Shown piece by piece: positions 48,773-60,700 of a DNA stretch of 64,000 nt. The stretch is taken from positions 23,498,001-23,562,000 of the forward strand of contig CATNEN010000038.1 in NCBI GenBank assembly GCA_950097015.1. Reading direction: 5' to 3'. Numbering within the stretch: position 1 is the first letter of the stretch; every line of letters begins with the position of its first letter. The notes beneath the pieces are model-generated. The model saw nothing but the letters and a program-made list of their open reading frames with translations, did not search any database and was not told the origin of the DNA. Made by a program: the position numbers and the translations under genes. The stretch is from Macrostomum hystrix. Its lineage: Eukaryota; Animalia; Platyhelminthes.

Positions 48773-51455
48773 ATGTCCTATCATTGGCCAAAGCGATTGT
48801 CATCCAACACCGAATCTCCAACTCTTCCGTCGACTCCGGCTTCGTCGGCTGTCTCGGTGGCCGCAACAAATGCCGCGGTTGATCTGTCAGCAGAGGAGGG
48901 TCTGGCTTCAGCCTACGAGCAGCTGTCGGCTCGATTCAATCAACTCGAGAACGCGTACCGCGCCGCTAAAAGTGCAGGCGGCGGCGGCGGCAGCTCCGGT
49001 GGCGGATTCATCTCGCGCCTGCCATCCTGTCTGCGTTCGTCGGCGGAGGATCAGTGAGTAGGCCTGTGTTGACTCGTAGGTAGAAATGATTTCACGATCA
49101 TTTTACATCCCAGATCCCAACAACCATTTTTCATCCCAGATCCCAACAATAATTTTTCATCCCAGATCCCAACAATCATTTTGCATCCCTGATCCCAACA
49201 ATCATTTTATATCCCTGATCCCAACAATCATTTTATATCCCAGATCCCAACAATCATTTTGCATCCCTGATCCCAACAATCATTTTATATCCCTGATCCC
49301 AACAATCATTTTTCATCCCAGATCCCAACAATCATTTTACATCCCTGATCCCAACAATCATTTTATATCCCTGATCCCAACAATCATTTTATATCCCTGA
49401 TCCCAACAATCATTTTATATCCCTGATCCCAACAATCATTTTTCATCCCAGATCCCAACAATCATTTTACATCCCTGATCCCAACAATCATTTTATATCC
49501 CTGATCCCAACAATCATTTTACATCCCTGATCCCAACAATCATTTTATATCCCTGATCCCAACAATAATTTTTCATCCCAGATCCCAACAATCATTTTAC
49601 ATCCCTGATCCCAACAATCAGTTTATATCCCAGATCCCAACAATCATTTTACATCCCTGATCCCAACAATCATTTTATATCCCTGATCCCAACAATCATT
49701 TTATATCCCTGATCCCAACAATCATTTTACATCCCTGATCCCAACAATAAATTTTCATCCCAGATCCCAACAATCATTTTGCATCCCTGATCCCAACAAT
49801 CATTTTATATCCCTGATCCCAACAATCAGTTTATATCCCAGATCCCAACAATCATTTTATATCCCTGATCCCAAAAATCATTTTATATCCCTGATCCCAT
49901 CAGTCGAGTTTTCCAACAATCATCTATACGCAAAAAGCATTCCAGATCCATTATCCCAACACTCCTCACTATCTTTCAACATTTCAGAAGTGAAATGCCT
50001 ATAATAATCCACTAATCCCCTAATTTTTCCCCTCTTCCAGGTGCGCAGACGAGGATTGGCTTGCAATTGACGGCGGCGGCAGTGGCATAGCAACCGGATC
50101 TGGGATAGGCAACACCCCTGTGGCCTGCCTGCTAACGGAGTTGGCTCGAGCTCAGGCTCGCGCTAAGCGGGCCGAAGTTCGAGCCCTGGCCTGGGAGCGC
50201 AGATCCCGCGAAGCCGCCAGCCTGCTGCGTCAAGCTGCCGAACGGCTGGCCGAGGCGCGCCGGCAAGTCGATTGTGAGGCCAGCGACGCCAAGCGCCATT
50301 GTCGCGTCCTCGGCCTCGGAGTTGCCGCTCTGGGCGAGTTGGCCAAATCCCAGGGCCTGCTGCTGCAGAAACTGCTTCTGAGGGAGCGACTGCGCGGTGG
50401 CCAGCAGCTGCTGCGGCTGCGCCAAATCGATGAAAGGTGACATGCCACGCTTCTCTTCAGACAGCATAAGGCTGTCGTGTTGGGTGTCTCGGGTGGGTGT
50501 TTGAACCCAATCAGTGATTGGTCAACGAACCCTATCTTCTTCTTCACTCTAAAATTACCCCGACTAAGAATACTAAATCCTTAGATTTATCCCATTTTGT
50601 TTCTAGATCCTAAAAATTATCCTACTTACATTCGAGATTCACAGATTTATCCCATCTAGTTTCTAAATCCTCAAAATTATCCTACTTACATTATAGATCC
50701 TCAGACTTACTATCTAGATCCTAGATCCTCATATTTATCCCATCTACTTAGACTGTCCTTGAGTTCGAATCCGCGGCGAAGCCACAATTATTTGGGATAA
50801 TTTACGAAGGTCATCCCCAGATACAGTGAGAGTGTACAACAATACCTGACAATAAGAAAGTCTAAGCCAAAGCCCATTGCTATCCATCAGCGCTGTCGAA
50901 TTCAACGCTTTCGCCGACGATTCACTTCCCACCCTGACATCGGCTGGCGAAGCGGCCGCGCTGGCGGCCTCGCCACCCCTAGCAGCCCCTGAGTCCGCCG
51001 CCGATGATACATCGTCTTCTTCACTGAGTGTCGCCGGCAGTGCCAGTCAGTTCTGTCCAATGTCGCCGCTTCTCTGTCACGATCGTCTAGGCATCGTCGG
51101 TGGCATCGATGGAGTGGGCTACAGCGAGCCGAACTGTTTTTATCACCCTGGCAACGGCGCTAGCAACAATGCCAATCGCAATCACGTGGACTCTTCCAAT
51201 TGGTGGCCCTGGCCAGATCGTCGGCTGGCGCCCGACCAGAATCTTGACGATTTTCGCGACAACGTCGACAATAATGACGACGACGACGAAGAGTTTGACG
51301 ATCAACATCAACCTGGCACTCTAGGCCGCAACGGAGTGAAAATGCGCTGTCCCGTGTGCGGCCTCTTTATCGACTGCAGCGACGTCGCCGACGGAGGCGC
51401 CGACGAGTTTCATCAGCACGTCGATGCCCATTTTGGCGGCGAAGGTGTGTGCTAA
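48773..51455 (+). CDS. Coiled-coil protein with C-terminal UBZ1-type zinc finger (Spn-F/TANK/TBKBP1/CALCOCO-like adaptor); exons 48773-49053, 50041-50436, 50891-51455 (413 aa)
   Basis: Junction phases 2,2 are consistent. N-terminal coil LASAYEQLSARFNQLE, a central coiled coil, and C-terminal CPVC..EFHQHVDAHF. Confidence 0.78.
49100..49900. repeat. Minisatellite, 26-bp unit ATCCCAACAATCATTTTATATCCCTG
   Basis: Lies in intron 1 of the UBZ gene. Confidence 0.95.
50757..50870 (+). mobile_element. Degenerate SINE family A fragment
   Basis: GAGTTCGAATCCGCGGCGAAGCCAC..ACAGTGAGAGTGTACA..CCTGACAATAAGAAAGTC. Confidence 0.65.
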
Positions 51456-51644
51456 AACTCTCATCAACATCCGCTTGTAATCTTCCCGTGCTGGCGTATA
51501 TAACAGCTTAGCAACCATATTTTATTCATCGATTAATTTTTTTAAACATTCTCTAATTTTTTTCTTTTTCATGCTAGTCTAGTCAATAATTTGAGATTTT
51601 TTAAAGTCCGTCTGGGACTTAGACCTGCTAGATTTTTATAACTC

Positions 51645-53121
51645 TGTCGTGATTTGTTGTGTGATTTTGAAATCGGTCATGATTTGTTGTGAGACTTTGA
51701 AATCGGTCATGATTTGTTGTGTGATTTTGAAATCGGTCGTGATTTGTTGTGTGATTTTGAAATCGGTCATGATTTGTTGTGAGACTTTGAAATCGGTCAT
51801 GATTTGTTGTGTGATTTTGAAATCGGTCATGATTTGTTGTGTGATTTTGAAATCGGTCATGATTTGTTGTGTGATTTTGAAATCGGTCGTGATTTGTTGT
51901 GTGATTTTGAAATCGGTCATGATTTGTTGTGAGACTTTGAAATCGGTCATGATTTGTTGTGTGATTTTGAAATCGGTGATGATTTGTTGTGAGACTTTGA
52001 AATCGGTCATGATTTGTTGTGTGATTTTGAAATCGGTCATGATTTGTTGTGTGATTTTGAAATCGGTCATGATTTGTTGTGAGACTTTGAAATCGGTCAT
52101 GATTTGTTGTGTGATTTTGAAATCGGTCATGATTTGTTGTGAGACTTTGAAATCGGTCATGATTTGTCGTGTGATTTTGAAATCGGTCATGATTTGTTGT
52201 GAGACTTTGAAATCGGTCATGATTTGTTGTGTGATTTTGAAATCGGTCGTGATTTGTTGTGTGATTTTGAAATCGGTCATGATTTGTTGTGAGACTTTGA
52301 AATCGGTCATGATTTGTTGTGTGATTTTGAAATCGGTCATGATTTGTTGTGAGACTTTGAAATCGGTCATGATTTGTTGTGTGATTTTGAAATCGGTCAT
52401 GATTTGTTGTGTGATTTTGAAATCGGTCATGATTTGTTGTGAGACTTTGAAATCGGTCATGATTTGTTGTGTGATTTTGAAATCGGTCATGATTTGTTGT
52501 GAGACTTTGAAATCGGTCATGATTTGTCGTGTGATTTTGAAATCGGTCATGATTTGTTGTGAGACTTTGAAATCGGTCATGATTTGTCGTGTGATTTTGA
52601 AATCGGTCATGATTTGTCGTGTGATTTTGAAATCGGTCATGATTTGTTGTGAGACTTTGAAATCGGTCATGATTTGTTGTGTGATTTTGAAATCGGTCAT
52701 GATTTGTTGTGAGACTTTGAAATCGGTGATGATTTGTCGTGTGATTTTGAAATCGGTCATGATTTGTCGTGTGATTTTGAAATCGGTCATGATTTGTTGT
52801 GAGACTTTGAAATCGGTCATGATTTGTCGTGTGATTTTGAAATCGGTCATGATTTGTTGTGAGACTTTGAAATCGGTCATGATTTGTCGTGTGATTTTGA
52901 AATCGGTCATGATTTGTCGTGTGATTTTGAAATCGGTCATGATTTGTTGTGAGACTTTGAAATCGGTCATGATTTGTTGTGAGACTTTGAAATCGGTCAT
53001 GATTTGTCGTGTGATTTTGAAATCGGTCATGATTTGTTGTGAGACTTTGAAATCGGTCATGATTTGTTGTGAGACTTTGAAATCGGTCATGATTTGTTTT
53101 GAGACTTTGAAATCGGTCATG
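51645..53121. repeat. Minisatellite, 30-bp unit GATTTGTTGTG(TGATT/AGACT)TTGAAATCGGTCAT (~49 copies)
   Basis: Near-perfect 30-bp periodicity with two main variants. Confidence 0.98.
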
Positions 53122-53640
53122 AAGCAATTGATAAAGTAATCGACATCTAGCAACGTCATGAATCGCTGCCTTGTTTCATGCTCGAATTCAATTATTGTGC
53201 CTTTTAATTTCTTAGCCTTATTTTGTTTCCAGAAGTTGAAAAGTAATACCAAAATATTAGATTATTGTCTTAATGCCCTGTTTCATACCGCGATAAGTAT
53301 TATTTAGAATTGTTTTTTACTTAAATAAAGTTTATTCACAATAGCTTCCATGTTAAGTTGCTACGCTTTGCATGCATTGATCCACCGTTTTTTGTACTTG
53401 TATTTTGTCTATTACTTTTTGGTTTTCTATGTTTGATTTTTTTCAACTTCTGCGCTTGAATATTGAATCTAGTCAACAAAAAAGAGGAATATATTTGGCT
53501 TCATTTTTGGCGCTTAAATATAAAAACTACTCTTGCTTTGCTATTTTTGCTGGCTACCTTAAATACCTTGAAGTTATTTGTTTTTTTATCTACAACTTGC
53601 TACTTGCTTTGTAACCAAATATTAAAGGATACTATTAGAT

Positions 53641-54152
53641 TGTCTCATCTCTCCCGTGTCTCATCTCTCCCGTGTCTCATCTCTCCCGTGTCTCATCTCT
53701 CCCGTGTCTCATCTCTCCCGTGTCTCATCTCTCCCGTGTCTCATCTCTCCCGTGTCTCATCTCTCCCGTGTCTCATCTCTCCCGTGTCTCATCTCTCCCG
53801 TGTCTCATCTCTCCCGTGTCTCATCTCTCCTATGTCTCATCTCTCCCGTGTCTCATCTCTCCCGTGTCTCATCTCTACCGTGTCTCATCTCTCTGGTGTC
53901 TCATCTCTCCCGTGTCTCATCTCTCCCGTGTCTCATCTCTCCCGTGTCTCATCTCTCCCGTGTCTCATCTCTCTGGTGTCTCATCTCTCCCGTGTCTCAT
54001 CTCTCCCGTGTCTCATCTCTCCCGTGTCTCATCTCTCCCGTGTCTCATCTCTCCCGTGTCTCATCTCTCCCGTGTCTCATCTCTCCCGTGTCTCATCTCT
54101 CCCGTGTCTCATCTCTCCTATGTCTCATCTCTCCCGTGTCCCATCTCTCCCA
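53641..54152. repeat. Minisatellite, 16-bp unit GTGTCTCATCTCTCCC
   Basis: Same unit as 14665-15372. Confidence 0.96.
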
Positions 54153-54718
54153 TGACAATATATCTACAATAATAGTCAACATGGTTACATGATGAAATTA
54201 TCTTAGCAGAAAAATTGTGCCTTCATTGGCGGTTTTTGCCAGCAGACACCCTGAATTGTTGAATATCTTGAAGATGCCGGTGTTTTTTGATTATCTAAAG
54301 GCTGTTTTATCTGATAAGAGCGGAAAATTTTAACGCGTGTTCTGGATTTTTATGCCGATTCGTTGAATATTTTGGGAGGTAAAGGAAAAAAGAAAAAACA
54401 TTTATATTTGAACTGCCATCTGTGTGAGAGACAAGAGACAAAGACTCCTTTTTGTTCATTGCCGAGAAAGTGCAATTAATTCAGGGTTAAAATTGTTCGT
54501 ATATTTATTTAAGTTTAAGAAAGGGAATAGTTAGTTTAGTAGAATAGCTAATGTGCATTTAGACATAAAATGTTTAGCATACATATTTTTGTGCACAAAA
54601 ATGACAGATTTTCAATTTGAATTCGACAAATAATTTCATTGCCCCGATTTTTTTTCGATATATTACAAAAAGAAAAAAGTAAACCAAATGTAAAATTCTA
54701 ATGTGAAGCCAATTTCAA

Positions 54719-57700
54719 TTAGGTGCCAATCCAATGTAGAGCTTGTAGATCAACAAACAGCCTATCCTTGCAATTAGTCACCGACAAGCTAGTGGTGTTA
54801 AAAAACACAGCCGCGTCGCCAGAGTGAACTAAAGCCAAATCGCCAAACGAAGGAGCTGATAAGCTCGGCTTTTTGTCCAGCTTATCGTCTGCAATTAGCG
54901 GAAAGTGTCTAGTGCTGTTTATTGCAGGCGGAGGTGTCAACCCCATTCCAGTGGCTATAGTGTTGTTTATTGCAGGCTGAGGTGTCAACCCCATTCCAGT
55001 GGCTATAGTGCTGTTTATTGCAGGCTGAGGTGTCAACCCCATTCCAGTGGCTATAGTGCTGTTTATTGCAGGCTGAGGTGTCAACCCCATTCCAGTGGCT
55101 ATAGTGCTGTTTATTGCAGGCTGAGGTGTCAACCCCATTCCAGTGGCTATAGTGCTGTTTATTGCAGGCTGAGGTGTCAACCCCATTCCAGTGGCTATAG
55201 TGCTGTTTATTGCAGGCTGAGGTGTCAACCCCATTCCAGTGGCTATAGTGCTGTTTATTGCAGGCTGAGGTGTCAACCCCATTCCAGTGGCTATAGTGCT
55301 GTTTATTGCAGGCTGAGGTGTCAACCCCATTCCAGTGGCTATAGTGTTGTTTATTGCAGGCTGAGGTGTCAACCCCATTCCAGTGGCTATAGTGTTGTTT
55401 ATTGCAGGCTGAGGTGTCAACCCCATTCCAGTGGCTATAGTGCTGTTTATTGCAGGCTGAGGTGTCAACCCCATTCCAGTGGCTATAGTGTTGTTTATTG
55501 CAGGCTGAGGTGTCAACCCCATTCCAGTGGCTATAGTGCTGTTTATTGCAGGCTGAGGTGTCAACCCCATTCCAGTGGCTATAGTGCTGTTTATTGCAGG
55601 CTGAGGTGTCAACCCCATTCCAGTGGCTATAGTGCTGTTTATTGCAGGCTGAGGTGTCAACCCCATTCCAGTGGCTATAGTGCTGTTTATTGCAGGCTGA
55701 GGTGTCAACCCCATTCCAGTGGCTATAGTGCTGTTTATTGCAGGCTGAGGTGTCAACCCCATTCCAGTGGCTATAGTGCTGTTTATTGCAGGCTGAGGTG
55801 TCAACCCCATTCCAGTGGCTATAGTGCTGTTTATTGCAGGCTGAGGTGTCAACCCCATTCCAGTGGCTATAGTGTTGTTTATTGCAGGCTTATTTATAGG
55901 GACAGAGGAAGCACTTCATTCGATGTACTTTTGTCAAGAAAAACTGTCTTGGCTTGACTCACCAAAAACTAATTGGAACACTCGTGCTCTCAAGTCGATG
56001 ACCAGAATGGCTCCATCTCGCTGGGTCCTGGCCAAAATTCTCAGGCCACCATCCGGACTAGCCTGGAACTGGGCAGACCGAATGCCGATACCAGCAACGT
56101 CGTGAAGTAGCAGGGAAAGTTCACCTGGTTAATCAGAGGTCGGACCGGTCACGTAACACGGAATACACGTTAACGAAAATCAAAATAGGCCTAAATTGCG
56201 ATTAATATATTTGCAGATGTGCAGCCGACAGCACAGCCGCAGCTATTGCGCGGTACATTTGACGGCTGCGTACGACTGTTGAGTCCATGCACTGGGAGAC
56301 GCAATGACCCTCAATTACAACCAGCTAATGCTGCTACCCATTTTAAACCTGACTGAACAGAAGCAATGCAGAGTTAAGAGTCTTGCTGAAGGACACCAAT
56401 TTTTACAGTGAAGTCGAGAGTTCAACCCAAGAACTTCAAATCGCGAGTCCTCCAAGCCTTTTCTCCGCGGCTGCGCCCCAAATTAATGCGGCCTCGCCGC
56501 GGAATCGAGCCGAGCGACCTTGGCGCGTAATTGTTTGTTATCTCATATCTCACCTGTAGACAATACTTCGTACACGTAGACATTGCTGCCAGACAGGTGC
56601 AGAACGTGTCGACCATCTTCGGACGCGAACACTCGACCAGCTGGGTTGGTCTCTCCGTTGGGCTCTTGGCCTAGATTCCGGTCGATCGCTGGAAACAGGT
56701 GACGCCGAGTGATGGCAACGCCAGTTCGCAGATCCAGGGCTAGAATTGTTGGCTCGGATCCATTGGCCATGGATGAGTGAAGAATTAGAGTGCCGCCTGC
56801 AGTCGATCGGTTTGGAACAGAGAAAGAACTTCACGACTTTCCTAATTAAAACTAAATATTATAAAAGAGGCCACTCACCTTGAACCAGCAGATCAGCCCG
56901 GTCCAAATTGGTCTCCGTTGAAGCGAGTCCAAAGCGAACCAAAGTTTTAGCATCTTCGCGTCCGTCGGTCACATCAACGACCAACACGTCGAGGCTTGGC
57001 GTTGCTGCCGATGCCGCTGTGGTCGAGTCGGAGTCAACCATCGCGACAAGGAGTCCGGACCTGCTGTCTGGCAGTCTTAGAACCCGTCTTAGCTTCATCT
57101 TCGCCTCGTTGACATTGCCATCGTTGACAGCTTTCTTCACAGTCCATCGACGTGCCAGGCGTCGGTGACCACTAGTTGTAGTCGCAGAGGCGGCGGAGTC
57201 AACGACAAAGATTTCAAATTCGTCTTCGCGGAGGCCGCACGCGATCCACAGCTGGTCGGTTGGCTGCCTGTACGCCAGCATGACAGGCGGGCAGTTCAGC
57301 TGGACTGGCTCGAAGGCCAGCCATCGTTGAGGCTGCATGGCCAACAGTCGGCCGAGGCTGGGCTGCGCGGCGTACACAATGTGCCTGCCAGCAGACGCGA
57401 CAGGACCCCATGCGCAGCTGACGAGGTTCTCGCACAATGTAACGTCGTCAAAATCGGCGCTGGCTGCGCTGCCAACGCTGCAATCGGTGGGGTCGACCAC
57501 CGAGCAGCCGCCAGCGTGGAAGGCGGCGATGACGGTGCTAGTCGGACTCAGTGGATAACTGTTGTAGTCTGGAGAGATTCACAATACTCTTTAAACTACT
57601 TAGTAGTATGTCAGGAGTATGAACGCAAATTTTTTTTCTATTGCTTTAAAGAAGTCTATGGCTGTAATCACTGCTGCGTTAAAAAGGTGGAAATATCCTG

Positions 57701-60700
57701 GAATGAACTGTCTTAATCCCCAAGACCCCTAACGACCCTCATGCCTTAGTTGCAGCCGAGGTAACCATGCCAGTGTGACTTGAATTTAATTGATTCTCTG
57801 TGTCGCTCAGTGGTTAATATTGATTGCCCCAGCTATAATGCTAAAAGATAATCTAATAGCCGTGTGAACTGAAGCTATTTGAAATTATATAAAGTGTATT
57901 GCTTAAGGGCACGATTTGTTTTGAAATAGGGTAGGATTCGAACTCTCGACCTCTACAAGCTCCTCTATTTGCTAATAGGAAATTTTGCGTACAGTATAAC
58001 GACAAAATGTTTACAGATTGCAATCGCCTTGGCATTACCGGTTTCTGTTGGCAGTCTAACGTAGATTGTGGCCGCAAACTCTGCCACTCCGGCGACATTG
58101 CTAGTCCTACAGGTGTACATACCAGTGTGACTCCGGTCGATCTTCGCGATGTACAGACTGGACCCGATGTCTGTGATTTGAAATGTGCTTCGTATGAGAA
58201 AGATAAAATATTTATATTAAATACGAATAGGATAATATTCAAAAATCTATGATTGACTCGATGGGATAAACATGACAGATTAATGATGATTTTAATGAGA
58301 TGAACATGAAATATTTTCTATGGATTCGATAGGATAAAACTAATATATAATCGATAGATTTGATTTGATAATACTGATGGATTATCGATGGATTTAATGA
58401 GATAAAACTGATGGATTATCGATGGATTTGATTGGATAAAATTGCTGGATTATCGATGGATTTAATGAGATAAAACTGATGGATTATCGATGAATATGAT
58501 TGGATAAAACTGATGGATTATCGATGAATATGATTGGATAAAACTGATGGATTATCGATGAATATGATTGGATAAAACTGATGGATTATCGATAGATTTG
58601 ATAGGATAAAATTGATGGATTATCAATGGATTCGATAGGATAAAATTGATGGATTATCGATGGATTTAATGAGATAAAACTGATGGATTATCGATGAATT
58701 TGATAGGATAAAATTGATGGATTATCGATGGATTTGATTGGATAAAATTGATGGATTATCGATGGATTTGATAGGATAAAACTGATGGATTATCGATGAA
58801 TTTGATAGGATAAAATTGATGGATTATCGATGGATTTGATTGGATAAAATTGATGGATTATCGATGGATTTGATAGGATAAAACTGATGGATTATCGATG
58901 AATTTGATAGGATAAAATTGATGGATTTGATGGGATAAAACTGCTAGATTATCTATCGATTTGATAGGATAAAATTGATGGATTATCGATGGATTTGATA
59001 GGATAAAACTAATGGATTATCGATGGATTTAATGAGATAAAACTGATAGATTATGCGTAGACCACACACAGGTGCAAGGCGTAGATAATCCATTTTGTTT
59101 TTGCGTATAGCACAGAATATTTAATCTCAACCCTTTTGAGACTTCGGGTATGCAATTTTTTGGGTAGGATGAGAAAAGTTTCTCATTGATTTAATCTTTT
59201 TCCCTCCAACGAACCCACTGCACCTATACATACATTGTGGCTGTACAAGCTTGCCAGCAGTGGATGTGGGACATTTTTGCCCGCTTCATTGATCCCACCA
59301 GGTCCGCCCTGACCGGCGCTTGTCGTTCCGATCTGATTTCCAATTTCGATTGTCGCATATATATAAGGAAGCACGGATGAAGTATTTGTGGATGAGCTAG
59401 AGCTAGTTAGACGGGGAAGAGATGGCCCAAATTGAACCAGATGGCGTGTTCCCGATCGTTCGAGTCCCGTTGCAATCTGGTTCGCTCACCCTACCGGATT
59501 ACGTAACTTACTGCTCAAACTCATTTGAGTAGCCTCCACCCCACCAACAATCGAAGCCGGCAGCGTCGTGTACAGATGGACTTGGCTTTTTCGAATTAAT
59601 TCAACTGGCTGGCAGGACTTGGATCATGTCGACTGGGTGACGGAGTGACACGCGAGATGAGAGAACGAAAAAAGTTTTTTCATAGAACGGAATTAATTTC
59701 GCCACATATCTCTAATTTAGTTAACTAACTAAATTGTAACTAAGGCTGCAAATGAGTTTTTTCCGTATGCCAACACGATACATTTTGTCGAGAATTTTAG
59801 AATTCTAGTTTATTTGATTACTTGATCATTCTGCTTTTGATGCATTGAATTTCCTGAATTAATGAATTAATAATTCTCAATTTATTGATTCATCATTCTA
59901 AACTGATGCATTGATCAGCCTACATTGATGCATTGATCAGCCTACATTGATGCATTGATCAGCCAACATTGATGCATTGATCAGCCAACATTGCGCTCAC
60001 CAGTTTTTTGCACTATAACATCCGCGCCAGCTCCTTGTACATCGCTGACAGGAGCTCCATTGAATAGCCAGCTGAGTCCGCCCTGAAGTCCTGGTCCGCC
60101 GCCGGTGACGTCACAGTCTAGCCTCGCCGATTCGCCCAGTCGACGTACCAATATCGAGGGCTTCACCTGGACGAAGGGCGGCGCTGGAGAACAGGGGCGA
60201 TGATGATTTGAGGTGGGATTGGCTTCAACTGAGCATGAGTTCTAGAATCTAGACAAAGTGAGACTTAGAGTGAGATAGAGAGAGGTAGTGTGAGGCAGAG
60301 TGAGGTAGAGTGAGATAGAGTGAGATAGAGTGAGGTAGAGTGAGTTGAGTGAGTTGAGTGAAGCAGAGTGAGATAGAGAGAGGTAGAGTGAGTTGAGTGA
60401 GGCAGAGTGAGTTGAGTGAGAAGAGTGAGATAGAGAGAGGTAGAGTGAGTTGAGTGAGGCAGAGTGAGTTGAGTGAGTTGAGTGAGGTAGAGTGAGTTGA
60501 GTGAGGTAGAGTGAGTTGAGTGAGGTAGAGTGAGTTGAGTGAGATAGAGAGAGGTAGAGTGAGTTGAGTGAGGCAGAGTGAGTTGAGTGAGGCAGAGTGA
60601 GGCAGAGTGAGAAGAGTGAGGTAGAGTGAGATAGAGTGAGATAGAGTGAGGTAGAGTGAGTTGAGTGAGTTGAGTGAGGTAGAGTGAGTTGAGTGAGGTA

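Noticed and set aside
51628-53252. ~500-aa repeat proteins (TTNHDRFQ.., ICCVILKSV..)
   Set aside because: 30-bp DNA-level repeat open on both strands with no unique domains; not supported as genes.
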